A stretch of DNA of 64,000 bases from a virus. Its lineage: Duplodnaviria > Caudoviricetes. Positions 47,001-56,270 of this stretch are shown piece after piece. Each line of letters opens with the position of its first letter. The stretch's first letter is position 1. The position numbers and the translations under genes are program-made. The DNA lies in IMG/VR virus record IMGVR_UViG_3300029976_000159, positions 32,001 through 96,000 of that record; one strand, 5' to 3'. The notes under the pieces are model-generated. The model did no database searches. It was not told the origin of the DNA and saw nothing but the letters and a program-made list of their open reading frames with translations.

Positions 47001-47152
47001 TTCAAATACTCATCAACAACATTAGAAATTATTTCTAGAGTTATATGATGAATACCATCCAAACCAACTGAGCCTATATAAACACCCGGACGAAGACGTA
47101 CTGCTTCAATACCTTCAAGTGTTTTTATATCGTTTACTCCGTAATTGTCCAT
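44061..47152 (-). CDS. gyrB: Type IIA topoisomerase subunit B (GyrB/ParE), split by a group I intron; exons 47152-45448 and 44245-44061
   Basis: VRLRPGVYIG, DNGRGIP, LHTGAKF, EGNSA, DADSDG. Splicing restores RAKG-L-GELNP and a ~60-aa C-terminus ending TAA at 44061. Confidence 0.92.
44246..45447 (-). mobile_element. Group I intron (~1202 nt) with homing endonuclease remnant in gyrB
   Basis: The 5' exon ends in U (AAGGGU pairs with IGS GCCCUU); P10 CUA/UAG; R element GTATCGACTATC; S element AAGAAATAGTC; P9 CCAGTA-GAAA-TACTGG; terminal G. Confidence 0.92.
44371..45245 (-). pseudogene. Degenerate GIY-YIG homing endonuclease with NUMOD/HTH-like C-terminus
   Basis: MSIGIYKYTNKLNGKIYVGQS. The GIY-YIG core (..KYGIDNFNFEIIEEC..NEQEIYWI..GYN) needs frameshifts near 45170 and 45036, and a third near 44753 to join the 44371-44685 ORF. 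Confidence 0.8.
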
Positions 47153-47182
47153 ATATTCACTCCTCATTCTTTATTTATATAT

Positions 47183-47211
47183 ATAATATCATAAAATATA
47201 TTAAAAGTCAA
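47183..47211 (-). promoter_or_regulatory. Sigma-A-type promoter upstream of gyrB
   Basis: TTGACT-17-TATTAT with extended TG. Confidence 0.7.
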
Positions 47212-47218
47212 AAGGCAA

Positions 47219-47251
47219 TAAAAAAGACGGGGCTAATTTTTAATTAGCCCC
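47219..47251 (-). terminator. Rho-independent terminator after phoH
   Basis: GGGCTAATT-loop-AATTAGCCC followed by GTCTTTTTT on the minus strand. Confidence 0.75.
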
Positions 47252-47258
47252 TAATATT

Positions 47259-48497
47259 TTACATTTTCTCTGCTCGTTGAGCAATTCTTGATCTATGCAC
47301 TTGTTGTAGTTCAACTTCACCATATAGATCAAAACCTCTAAATACTTTTGAAAGTCGTTTCATTCCATTATTATCTCCTTCAAAAGCTGTATCATCCACT
47401 TGCGCATCACAGTCACCGTCAATGATAACTATATTATCTTCACCCACTCTTTGCAAAGCGAGTTTCATTAATGAAATATCCATATTTTGCGCTTCGGTAA
47501 TATATATTCCAGCTCGCATTCCGCTAGTATCATAACCTCTTAAATCACTCAATGGCAAAAGTAAAAGTTTACCTTCGTTAATAAGCTGCTCTATAACCAT
47601 CATATCACCTAATTTACTAGATAAAAAATTACCAATTTGCGAATCTAAGAGCTTCATATCTCGTATGCCGTCTTCTGCTTGAAAAAAAAAAGAATTTTTT
47701 GTTGCAACCGTATTACAAAAAATAATTATTTTATCTATAGAATGTTTCTCCAAGAGGTAGAATAAGTAGCCCAATGAAATTAAAGATTTTCCTGAACCCG
47801 GTTTACCTTTAAGCATAGTAATTTTATTATTTAAAAGACTATCAAACGCAAACTGTTGATATATATCATCTTTATAAGGTTTAATATTGCCTAAATAAGT
47901 TGACTTAAAATTATCACAACGCAAACCTTGATAACTATTTCCATCCCAGCGCACTTTATCTACAATTTCGCCGTTATGTGTTATAATACCATACTGATTA
48001 ACTAAAAGACGTAATCTATTAACGGTTGGCTCTTCATAAACTAAAGCGTGTTCTTCTTCATTTAATTCTATACTTATATAACCTTTGTAATCATCCGTTT
48101 TCGTGATTACCAATTTAATACTATCTTCTCCAAAAAACAAATTAGCTATCAAAGCTAACAACCTATCGTTTGTATAAAAAACCGTTTCATCTGGGTGTAT
48201 ATATGTATCATAATGAATAGCGGTGGCTAAAATGCGCATATCGTTAGTTTCTATATTATATTGATAGCGTTCACGCACTAAATCTAACATATAGCTCTCA
48301 AAAAATATAATTTCATATTTCCCTTGATTTTTATCCAAGAGGTGAATAATTTGTCTTGCTTTTGGATTTTTACTTTTTAACTTATCTAATTCCTCTAGTG
48401 TAATCGATGAAATTACTATATTTTCATCATTATTAAATAAGCTGTGGCTTTTTAGAAGTAAAGAACTCGTGTCGTAAAAATTATATGTCGTCATCAA
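47259..48497 (-). CDS. phoH: PIN-domain PhoH-like ATPase (PhoH2 type)
   Basis: N-terminal PIN (FYDTSSLL, LEELD, NDMRIL, TND); GKPGSGKS, LRG, EAQN, GD..QVD, HRS. Contains an adapter artefact. Confidence 0.9.
   Translation of the reverse strand: MMTTYNFYDTSSLLLKSHSLFNNDENIVISSITLEELDKLKSKNPKARQIIHLLDKNQGKYEIIFFESYMLDLVRERYQYNIETNDMRILATAIHYDTYIHPDETVFYTNDRLLALIANLFFGEDSIKLVITKTDDYKGYISIELNEEEHALVYEEPTVNRLRLLVNQYGIITHNGEIVDKVRWDGNSYQGLRCDNFKSTYLGNIKPYKDDIYQQFAFDSLLNNKITMLKGKPGSGKSLISLGYLFYLLEKHSIDKIIIFCNTVATKNSFFFQAEDGIRDMKLLDSQIGNFLSSKLGDMMVIEQLINEGKLLLLPLSDLRGYDTSGMRAGIYITEAQNMDISLMKLALQRVGEDNIVIIDGDCDAQVDDTAFEGDNNGMKRLSKVFRGFDLYGEVELQQVHRSRIAQRAEKM
47658..47691 (+). other. Illumina adapter sequence (assembly artefact)
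   Basis: ATCTCGTATGCCGTCTTCTGCTTG followed by A10; gives the FFFQAEDGIRD peptide in the phoH translation. Confidence 0.97.
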
Positions 48498-48720
48498 ATT
48501 CCTCCTCTAATTCTGGATCTGGTACATGAAATCCAATAGGGAATGAAACTTGCTGTTCCGCCTCATGTTGTACTTTTTCAATTTCAACGCCAACATCAGC
48601 TAAAATCTTTTGCGCTTTTATCTTTACAACTTCTAACCAAGTGATTCCTGTATCAATCAATTGACTTGCTATTGGATAAATTAAAGCAAATAATATGCCT
48701 AATAAAAAATATTGTAACAA
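48481..48720 (-). CDS. Small membrane protein
   Basis: AAGGAG RBS, N-terminal TM segment, acidic tail with PIGF. Confidence 0.65.
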   Translation of the reverse strand: MLQYFLLGILFALIYPIASQLIDTGITWLEVVKIKAQKILADVGVEIEKVQHEAEQQVSFPIGFHVPDPELEEEFDDDI

Positions 48721-48842
48721 AAGAATCTTCTCCTTTCTTAATATTCTTTAAAAAATAAGATAAATAGAATATTAATTCTTGACCTAATAATATCATAAAA
48801 AATATGTAAAGTAAAGGAGAAAAGGAAGAAGAAACCTTAATT

Positions 48843-49428
48843 TTAAGGCTCCTCTCGAAGTTTATGTTTTATATCTTTTATTATTTGCTCCAACCGCACT
48901 GGTTTATTATTGTGAGCGTCAAGCTCTACATGATAACAGAAATGATCTTTATCAAAATTAAGAAATTTATCTTTTGTGTGTGTGACCGCATAAATTTATT
49001 ACTCTTTTATAAAGAGGAAGATTCGAATCATAATTCCAAGTAAGTGTGGGGTAATGCGAAAGATACATTTTATATTTACGCACTATACCGCGCTTATTTA
49101 CAATAGAAAAATCAATATAATCAGCCCAGCCAAGAAGCTCTACATTAGGCAAATCCCCATATTTTTGCCATCGCGCGTCAGTATCATGATTACCTCTAAT
49201 TATTTCAAGATTTCCATTAAGTTTTGCTATTTGTTGGATAGTTTCCTCTTGTTTACCAAACGTTAAATCTCCAAGTATATATACTATATCATCGGACTTA
49301 ATAAGATTATTCCATTTCCATATTATGTCATACATATGGCTTTTGGCTGTTTTATATCCTCTTGATTCATAAAGAATCCTCTTATAATGCATGAAATGAA
49401 GATCGCTAGTAAAAAATATCCTACTCAT
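48843..49428 (-). CDS. Calcineurin-like metallophosphoesterase, frameshifted at a (CA)5 tract near its 3' end
   Basis: SDLH, LGD, RGNHD, SHYP, CGHTH. The C-terminal part YHVELDAHNNKPV continues in another frame to TAA at 48843. Confidence 0.8.
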
Positions 49429-49934
49429 CTTTTAGCAACCACACTGCCTTTCTCATTAATCCAAAATATTGAATAATTATATTTGTTTATTTCTTCTTGA
49501 CTTGGATAATTTAATTTTTTATACATATCTTTAATTGTCTGTGGCGGAACGTATGCTTTACCTTGCTTACGGGCATTTCTATTAAGACAAGTTTCTAGCG
49601 GCACATTAAAATAAACTAAATTTATATCTATATTATCTTTATTTAAATGCTTAAGTAGTTTCTCTCTTGAATTACGAGTTAAAAATGTAGCATCCACAAA
49701 TATGTCGAAAATATCTTCTTCAGCTACTGCCGCATTAATATTTTCTATGAAAATTTTATATACCTGATCTTCTTTGGAGAAATAGTCTTCGCTATCACCC
49801 AATAGCTCAAATCTAATATCATTGCAAGATATTACTGTGCTTCTGCCTTCATCTGTTATATTCATTATATTTCTTATCCATGTTGATTTTCCAGATCCCG
49901 GTATCCCACTAGTAATCCATAAATTCTTTTTCAT
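49425..49934 (-). CDS. Polynucleotide kinase-like P-loop kinase (AAA_33)
   Basis: GIPGSGKST, DIR, VDAT..R, CLNRNARK..VP. Confidence 0.8.
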   Translation of the reverse strand: MKKNLWITSGIPGSGKSTWIRNIMNITDEGRSTVISCNDIRFELLGDSEDYFSKEDQVYKIFIENINAAVAEEDIFDIFVDATFLTRNSREKLLKHLNKDNIDINLVYFNVPLETCLNRNARKQGKAYVPPQTIKDMYKKLNYPSQEEINKYNYSIFWINEKGSVVAKR

Positions 49935-50188
49935 ATTAATTCTCCATTGATATATTCGACACTTAATTCTGCTTCTTCTTGGAACTCACCATTTAAAAAA
50001 GCTTGTCTAAATTCATATTCTTCAATTTCATTTTTAGTTTCAATACAGTTTATATCTTGTTTGCAGAAAGGGCAGTATAATCTTTTACGATGAAACTTTT
50101 CTCTCATGTTTCCATTTTTACGCATGATTGGTACTACCACTTTTCCACATTTAATACAAAAAAAATTATGTGTTATATATCTCGCCAT
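49931..50188 (-). CDS. Zinc-ribbon protein
   Basis: CIKC...H...CPFC. Confidence 0.65.
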   Translation of the reverse strand: MARYITHNFFCIKCGKVVVPIMRKNGNMREKFHRKRLYCPFCKQDINCIETKNEIEEYEFRQAFLNGEFQEEAELSVEYINGELI

Positions 50189-51461
50189 TGCTTAATTCTT
50201 CCATTTCTTCTATATCGGGCATATCTGCCTCTGCTTTTATTATTCCTTCTAATCTTTTAAATGAATTATTTTTATACTTAAAGGCAGTAAATGTTGGGCG
50301 GTTTACAACACGTACTACAACTCCCTCTCGTATATGAGTTTTGCCTATTGGATCTGAACCGTCACAGAAACTATTAACTATTTCCATTATGTTATTTTCA
50401 AAAATTAAAGACGCTCGAGTAAAAAATAGTAATGGGACTGCTTTAACACCTATTTGTTTACATCTATATCTCATAAAATCGGGACTATATTCTAAAACAT
50501 AGCCATCTTCATTTGTCATAGTCATACGATATACGTAGATTCGCGATTCACCTTTTTCTTCGTTACAACCATAAGAAAAAACAGTGGTTTCACCGTATCT
50601 TCTTATAAATTCTTCGTCTTTAAGTTTTTTATTATTTCCAATAGGCATAATAGGCTTGTGCGGTGCTATAAATCCGACTATTTCATAATAAACAGTTTCG
50701 CCTTTATGTAGTTTACCTATAAATTTTTTTTCATGTTCATATCTAAATTTATTATTTCCATAATAATCACTATTGTTATCATTAAGTATTGTGCGGCGTG
50801 TTCCTGACATATATTCGTATTCATAAATAGGTTTACCGGGTAAACCAAAAATGCGTTCCCATAATGTTCTTTTATATTTTTTTAATTTAGGTAAGTAACC
50901 CGTGCGTCCGCTTGTTCCGTGCATTTTAAGCGTTATTTCTAGCTTATCACCGGGGTGGATTTGCGCTAAACTGTAAACGAGTTGTTTCGTATCAACGTGT
51001 TCTTTGAAAAGCGGCGCAATGTTGATTTTTCTTTTTGTTTTATTTTTCTTTTTATTATTTATTTTAATTAAATTTTCTTTTTTATAAGGAATATATTTCC
51101 TACATATTTCATGTCCATTTAATACAGTTATATAATCTCCTACTGAAAGATTGTTAATTCCTGTATATTGTACCGAACTTAATGGCATATACAAGCCGTC
51201 CGAAAGCTCATTACGCAATTTAATAGTAGTTACATTTCGCTTATTAGAATCTAAATAACCGCCATCTTTACGTAATAATTTATTTATTTTACAATATTCT
51301 TCTGATAATTGTCCATCTGTTGGAAAATAAATACCTATATCTCCAATTTTTACATTTAAATCAACACAAACATTACTTTCAAAGAAAGTTGCTATTTGTA
51401 ACTTGTCTGCATTAGGATGTGGTTTCAATTTTTCTACTTTAACAACAAAACCGCTATACAT
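50166..51461 (-). CDS. RNA ligase (DRB0094-like, N-terminal OB/tRNA-binding-like domain)
   Basis: HPNADKL, TLKMHGTS (motif I), YYEIVG, REGVVVR, FKYK. Confidence 0.85.
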   Translation of the reverse strand: MYSGFVVKVEKLKPHPNADKLQIATFFESNVCVDLNVKIGDIGIYFPTDGQLSEEYCKINKLLRKDGGYLDSNKRNVTTIKLRNELSDGLYMPLSSVQYTGINNLSVGDYITVLNGHEICRKYIPYKKENLIKINNKKKNKTKRKINIAPLFKEHVDTKQLVYSLAQIHPGDKLEITLKMHGTSGRTGYLPKLKKYKRTLWERIFGLPGKPIYEYEYMSGTRRTILNDNNSDYYGNNKFRYEHEKKFIGKLHKGETVYYEIVGFIAPHKPIMPIGNNKKLKDEEFIRRYGETTVFSYGCNEEKGESRIYVYRMTMTNEDGYVLEYSPDFMRYRCKQIGVKAVPLLFFTRASLIFENNIMEIVNSFCDGSDPIGKTHIREGVVVRVVNRPTFTAFKYKNNSFKRLEGIIKAEADMPDIEEMEELSNGEIYNT

Positions 51462-51487
51462 TTATTATCAACCCTTTCTTTATATAT

Positions 51488-51516
51488 ATAATAATATAAA
51501 TTTTTTTAAAAATCAA
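51488..51516 (-). promoter_or_regulatory. Sigma-A-type promoter for the RNA ligase operon
   Basis: TTGATT-17-TATTAT. Confidence 0.6.
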
Positions 51517-51740
51517 AATAGTAAATATTTTCTAATTTCGTTGTCTTTTGGAATAGAATCTAAAGGAATTATACCAACATTTTTATAAAATCTACAATTT
51601 TCATCAAATGGTATGTCAAGAATAGTTTCAAATTGTTTTATAATATCTTCATCCGTTGCATCGTCCGGCATGTCGATTACAATGGAGTTATTACCTACGA
51701 ATTGCGCATCAAATTCTAAATATACTTTCAAAATTTTCAC
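51513..51740 (-). CDS. Hypothetical protein
   Basis: 75-aa ORF with GTG start and AAAGG RBS. Confidence 0.55.
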   Translation of the reverse strand: MKILKVYLEFDAQFVGNNSIVIDMPDDATDEDIIKQFETILDIPFDENCRFYKNVGIIPLDSIPKDNEIRKYLLF

Positions 51741-51750
51741 AGCCTTTCAT

Positions 51751-51803
51751 TTGACTTTCTTACAAAAATATTATATAATAATTTTAATGAAAAATCAAAT
51801 CAA
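51751..51803. promoter_or_regulatory. Overlapping divergent sigma-A-type promoters
   Basis: (+) TTGACT 51751-56, 17 nt, TATAAT 51774-79; (-) TTGATT 51803-798, 17 nt, TATTAT 51780-75. Confidence 0.65.
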
Positions 51804-51838
51804 CCCTTAAAAACTAAATAATAGAAAGGAGTAAGTCA

Positions 51839-52222
51839 TTGGACATTTTACAACAAATACTGTAGATCTGTTTAATTCCGCTCTTGGGTACTTTAACTAC
51901 TTTGTTGATAGCTTATATTAACACCAAGAGGACTGAATTGAAAAATTCCTCGAATAGTAAGTATCTGGATATGTTAGTTAATATTATTAATGATTGTGTG
52001 ACAGCTACTAATCAAACTTATGTTGATAGCTTAAAAGAGCAGGGAAAGTTTGACCAAGAGGCGCAACAACTAGCATTTCAGCAAACTTTAAGTGCCGTTT
52101 ATGATATTCTTTCTGATGATATCATTGATTGTCTTATGGAAAGTGTGGGCGATTTAGATAAATATATATCAGAAAAAATCGAAGCTACAGTTAAAGATAA
52201 AAAAATGGAGAAAGTAGATTAA
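51839..52222 (+). CDS. Putative holin-like membrane protein (127 aa with TAG=Gln)
   Basis: AAAGGAG RBS and TTG at 51839; TAG at codon 9; TM segment ICLIPLLGTLTTLLIAYI; TNQTYVDSLKEQGKFD motif. Confidence 0.6.
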
Positions 52223-53745
52223 TCTACTTTCTCCAAAGTTATGTTACTATAACGTGGATCGTTAATTACCTCTAAGCAAAGTTCCCAACCGGTTTTGCCA
52301 GATAAAATCTGTTTAAAAATCGAAGGTGACGCTCCGCTTACGTAAGAAATTGCGCGTTCTGGGTCTACATCCGGTATGTTATTATTTTCTGCGTTTACAT
52401 TCCAGTAAACTAAAGCCGGTATTTTATAGCCATATTGCTTCCATTTGGTTGCAATATTTTCCATAAGAGTTTGTTTTTGCTCATCAAACATCCCTCTGTT
52501 TTTTGCATAGTCATAATTACCAGTAGCCATATCAAATTCCATATCAGAAATGATTATGATATTTTCAGGTATATCAGCTTGCGAACAACGATTTTTCAAA
52601 GCCGTAGTTAGCAATAGATCAAATACAGCCTCAATATTTGTGTTATCTATAAGGCATCGTTTTTCTATTCTCTGAACTTTGTCTACAAAATCTATGCCAT
52701 CTGTGGCTATGAGTTGCGGTCTACTAGCAAAAGAAATATAGTGTCCAGCAAAAGGACCGGAAGCTCGCTCTGCGCAATATATTCCAAGTGAAATTGCTAC
52801 ATCTATAGGTCTAATTGGAGTATTATAACTACAAGTCATAGAGCCTGAAGTGTCTACGACCGCAAGTCCATTAAAACGGCAATCATTATTAAAGTAATCT
52901 GTTAAATTATCCCAGTACTTATTTATAACCTCTCTATCAAGGTCATCTTTACAATTAATAGCTTTTTGTACTATTTCGTAAGGATAGAGCGTTGACGCGT
53001 TTACTTTAGTAGACTTGTTTTGAATAAATTGCTTATATCTTTCTTTTGTTTTTTGGTTATTCATAAAAGCATTTTTATATTGTATTCCAGCTTTAGAAGG
53101 TAATTTGCCAAATTCTATTTCATCCCACTTATTTTGTGACATTAACCTTTCAACTACTTTTATTTTTTCACGCAGTGTTGACAGCATTTTTCTATACTCT
53201 TTTGGAGATAAGTTGAAATGTTTGCGCGTAAGGGCGGCAAGCTCTTTCGTCCGAGTGCTTGACGCGTTTTCCGATTTTAACCATTTCCCGCAGAGTGTAA
53301 GCGGCATTCCGCCGTTTCTAACTTTTTGCATATCTCTAAAAGCAGTTACTTTTAAAATATCTAAAGCATCGGTTTCAAGAGGAGTGCCTGTTAAACAATA
53401 TAAATCATCATATCTGCCATAAATTGGAACATACTTCAGAAGTTGACGCGCAACATTGGTATGCGCATTAGCTAACCAAGTCATACATTCTCTAAAGAAT
53501 CGTCTTTCGCCCGCGCCTCCTCGTGCATCGCGCAAATAGAATAAAAGGCGAGCAGCGTAAAGTGCATTTTCATCATAGGCTTTTTTAAAAAGATAGATTA
53601 CATCGTCTTTGCTTCTGGAACGATAAGCACCACCAAGAGCAAATAAGTCTAGCGTTGCATTCAAAGTGCTAGAATGTGTCAAAGCACCATTTTCGGTATA
53701 TGTATAATTAGTATTTTCTTTTAATCCTTGTAATAAATTGTTCAT
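52219..53745 (-). CDS. DUF2828 family TROVE/Ro60-like protein with vWA domain
   Basis: TENGA, LDLF, RDARGGAGER, YGRYDDL, KWLKSEN, VVDTSGSM (MIDAS), IISDMEFD, YWNV. Confidence 0.85.
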   Translation of the reverse strand: MNNLLQGLKENTNYTYTENGALTHSSTLNATLDLFALGGAYRSRSKDDVIYLFKKAYDENALYAARLLFYLRDARGGAGERRFFRECMTWLANAHTNVARQLLKYVPIYGRYDDLYCLTGTPLETDALDILKVTAFRDMQKVRNGGMPLTLCGKWLKSENASSTRTKELAALTRKHFNLSPKEYRKMLSTLREKIKVVERLMSQNKWDEIEFGKLPSKAGIQYKNAFMNNQKTKERYKQFIQNKSTKVNASTLYPYEIVQKAINCKDDLDREVINKYWDNLTDYFNNDCRFNGLAVVDTSGSMTCSYNTPIRPIDVAISLGIYCAERASGPFAGHYISFASRPQLIATDGIDFVDKVQRIEKRCLIDNTNIEAVFDLLLTTALKNRCSQADIPENIIIISDMEFDMATGNYDYAKNRGMFDEQKQTLMENIATKWKQYGYKIPALVYWNVNAENNNIPDVDPERAISYVSGASPSIFKQILSGKTGWELCLEVINDPRYSNITLEKVD

Positions 53746-53777
53746 ATTTAATTATCTCCTTTTGGTTTTAAATAAAA

Positions 53778-53861
53778 TGGGTATGATGGGAGTCGAACCC
53801 ACACGCTTTATTAAGCCCCAGATTTTAAGTCTGGTTTGTTTGCCAATTACAACACATACCC
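53778..53861 (-). tRNA. tRNA-Leu (anticodon TAA)
   Basis: Acceptor GGGTATG/CATACCC, D stem TTGT/ACAA, anticodon arm CCAGA-CTTAAAA-TCTGG, long variable arm, GTGGG-TTCGACT-CCCAT; no encoded CCA. Confidence 0.92.
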
Positions 53862-53910
53862 GATTTCAAGGCACTTTCAATAAACTATCCAGTGCCTTTA
53901 TTATGTATAT

Positions 53911-53939
53911 ATAATAACAAAAATTTTAAAAAAAATCAA
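53911..53939 (-). promoter_or_regulatory. Sigma-A-type promoter for tRNA-Leu/DUF2828
   Basis: TTGATT-17-TATTAT with extended TG. Confidence 0.65.
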
Positions 53940-53941
53940 AA

Positions 53942-55546
53942 TTAAATTACTTCTCCGTGCCACGAATTAATATGTCCAATTCGCTTATAATAAAGCCCCG
54001 ACTTTACCGAATTATAAATTCCTAATGCTCTTTGAGTATTTGGCGGTAAATCAAAAGTTGCAAAATGATTATATTTTCCTGTTGTACCAAAATTACCACA
54101 ATCTGCTACAACAGCATCTACGGTTCGATTGTGGTATTTTAACCTAACTAAATCCCCATAGTGCCAAACGGAATTTAGTTGCCCCTTGGGAATAGCTACA
54201 TGACAACCGGGAATATTTAAATAATGAATACTGTTCCAACCAGTTACATTACCTTTATCATCAGCTGAAGTATTACCATATACTGTACAACCGGTATTAA
54301 TATATCCAGTATCATCGTCATCTTCGGGAGAGGAAAAACCTCCCAAGCCTGAGCCACTTCCTCCAGAGGCTGAACCCACATCCCCGTTGTATCGCCAACC
54401 ACCATCATAAATATAAAAGTTTAAACTGGAACTGGGTCCGCCCTTGTTTAAACCGAGTTCTCCGCCTCCAGAATACGCAGCATTACCATTCTCATCTACA
54501 ATCTGTACGTGGTGGGCTATACAGACTTGAATATCACCAGGCAACCATGGTCCATCGCCATCAAACCAAGTGAAGCCTAGGTTAGGTGGGTCTGACCAGT
54601 CTGAACCCATGCTAAATGAGGAGTACGTTCCCCCACAAGCAGTGTTCGCTCCTTTTCCACAAGCTATGCTATACAAGGTTATTGCTGCGCTAACGCATCC
54701 AGAGCAATCTAATCTAGCATAGACTTCTCCTCCGCCAGCACGCATTGTAGTGTAGAGTTGAGAGCCTGGATGTTCATAATATATCCAGCCATTGGGTGAA
54801 GGGGCATCAGCTTTAAGATTTCTCCACATTTCATCAACTATCTCTAGCCATTTTCCACCTTCATAAATATTACAAATATCACACTGATATGGATGATACA
54901 TTAGTTTTCTTGCTTTTTCATAAAGCCCGTTTTCATTATATAAATCAGCTTTGATCAAGCTTTTGTCTGTCTGATCCGATTGCCCCGAAATAACTAATAC
55001 GGTCTTTTGACCGGGCCACCCTGCAACGGGACCGGCTTCCGTAGCATTATTACTTATTGTATTTCCATTCTCGTCTTTTAATGCTTCTCCGTTAGGGTCT
55101 CTGCTTATTGGGTCATAGAACTTTATTAATGGTTCTAGTAAGTTATTATAGTGTTTTGCGTAAATAACATCGTTACTCGCAGCCCTAGCTTCTTCCAGTG
55201 AAGTAGAAGTAGTTGGTGAGGTTGGGGTATTATCTATTGTAATTTTCCCACCAGAGTTTTGATCCCAATCAGAAAAGATATTGTTGTCTTGCGGGTTATA
55301 TTTTCCTTGTGAATAAGTGTTTTTAATAAACTCAATTAAGTCATTTTGTGATTTAGCCGATAAAGTTGAGGTAGTTTGTATAGTAGACTCTTTAGAAACT
55401 TGTGATTGAGTATAGGACTTAATATTTTTCCAATTTAACCAATCACCCTTTTCCTCGGTATTGCCATCCGGACCGTGAATAGCGAGCTAATGACCTTGCA
55501 TGCAGAAACTTTGGCAGCCCGCGCACTTATTATTTTCTTCAGCCAT
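53942..55546 (-). CDS. Multidomain protein: Cys-motif N-terminus, NlpC/P60-like peptidase and RlpA/3D-like double-psi beta-barrel (534 aa, one TAG)
   Basis: GGAGG RBS; MAEENNKCAGCQSFCMQGH-TAG; frame open to 53942; CDIC; LDCSGCV...PGDIQV..HHVQI; Gly/Ser linker; VAIP..YGDLVRL..AVVADCG..FDL. Confidence 0.7.
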
Positions 55547-56270
55547 TGTTCTCTCCTCCCACTATATATTGATTATGCAAATTATCATAAACACTACCAT
55601 CAGCCATTGTAGTATATAATTTGTGCGCCTCTCCGCATTCGTCTATATAAGTATTCTCATCCATTATTACCCTAATATCATTCTCTCTCTTTTCTTCCTC
55701 TTGGGTCAAACCGCTACTAGCAATATAGTTTTCAATGTTAGCACTGTAAGTTGGAGTACTACCTTGACAACCGTTTTTCCAAAAGGTAATTAACTTTTCA
55801 AGGGTAGTTAAATTATTATATTTTTCTTCTCCATCAGTTGGCTGATTAGAAATGAAATATTTTAAAACCGGCAAATCATCAATGGAGATATTATTAATGT
55901 AATTTGTAAACTCAGACGAAAAATCAGTAGAAGCTTGAAATTGGGTAATGTAATTATCTATTTCAGCATTTAAGTCTTCTATCAGCACTGTCCATTCTTT
56001 AGTTTTGCAATATAAATACAAAAAGACTGGTAAAAAAGAGCATTTATTATTATCCATGATATAATTTATACTATTAGTTAATGTTTCTAATGTGTATTGT
56101 AAATCAGGAATAATTGTATTTTGAAAAAGTAAGTAATTACTTACATAAATACGATAATTTAAAAAATTGCTAACTCTATTTGTATAAATATTTTTAACAT
56201 CTATTAATTCTAAATTACTGAAATTCCAGTCGGGATCAGCATACTCCGTCCCCTAGATAATATAGCTCAA
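55539..56270 (-). CDS. Hypothetical protein (243 aa, TAG at codon 6)
   Basis: GAAAGGA RBS and TTG at 56270; in frame with track ORF 55539-56057; overlaps both neighbours. Confidence 0.6.

Noticed and set aside
53778-53861. tRNA as a nonsense suppressor
   Set aside because: The anticodon is TAA (reads Leu TTA) with a Leu-type variable arm; an amber suppressor needs CTA. I found no suppressor tRNA in this window.
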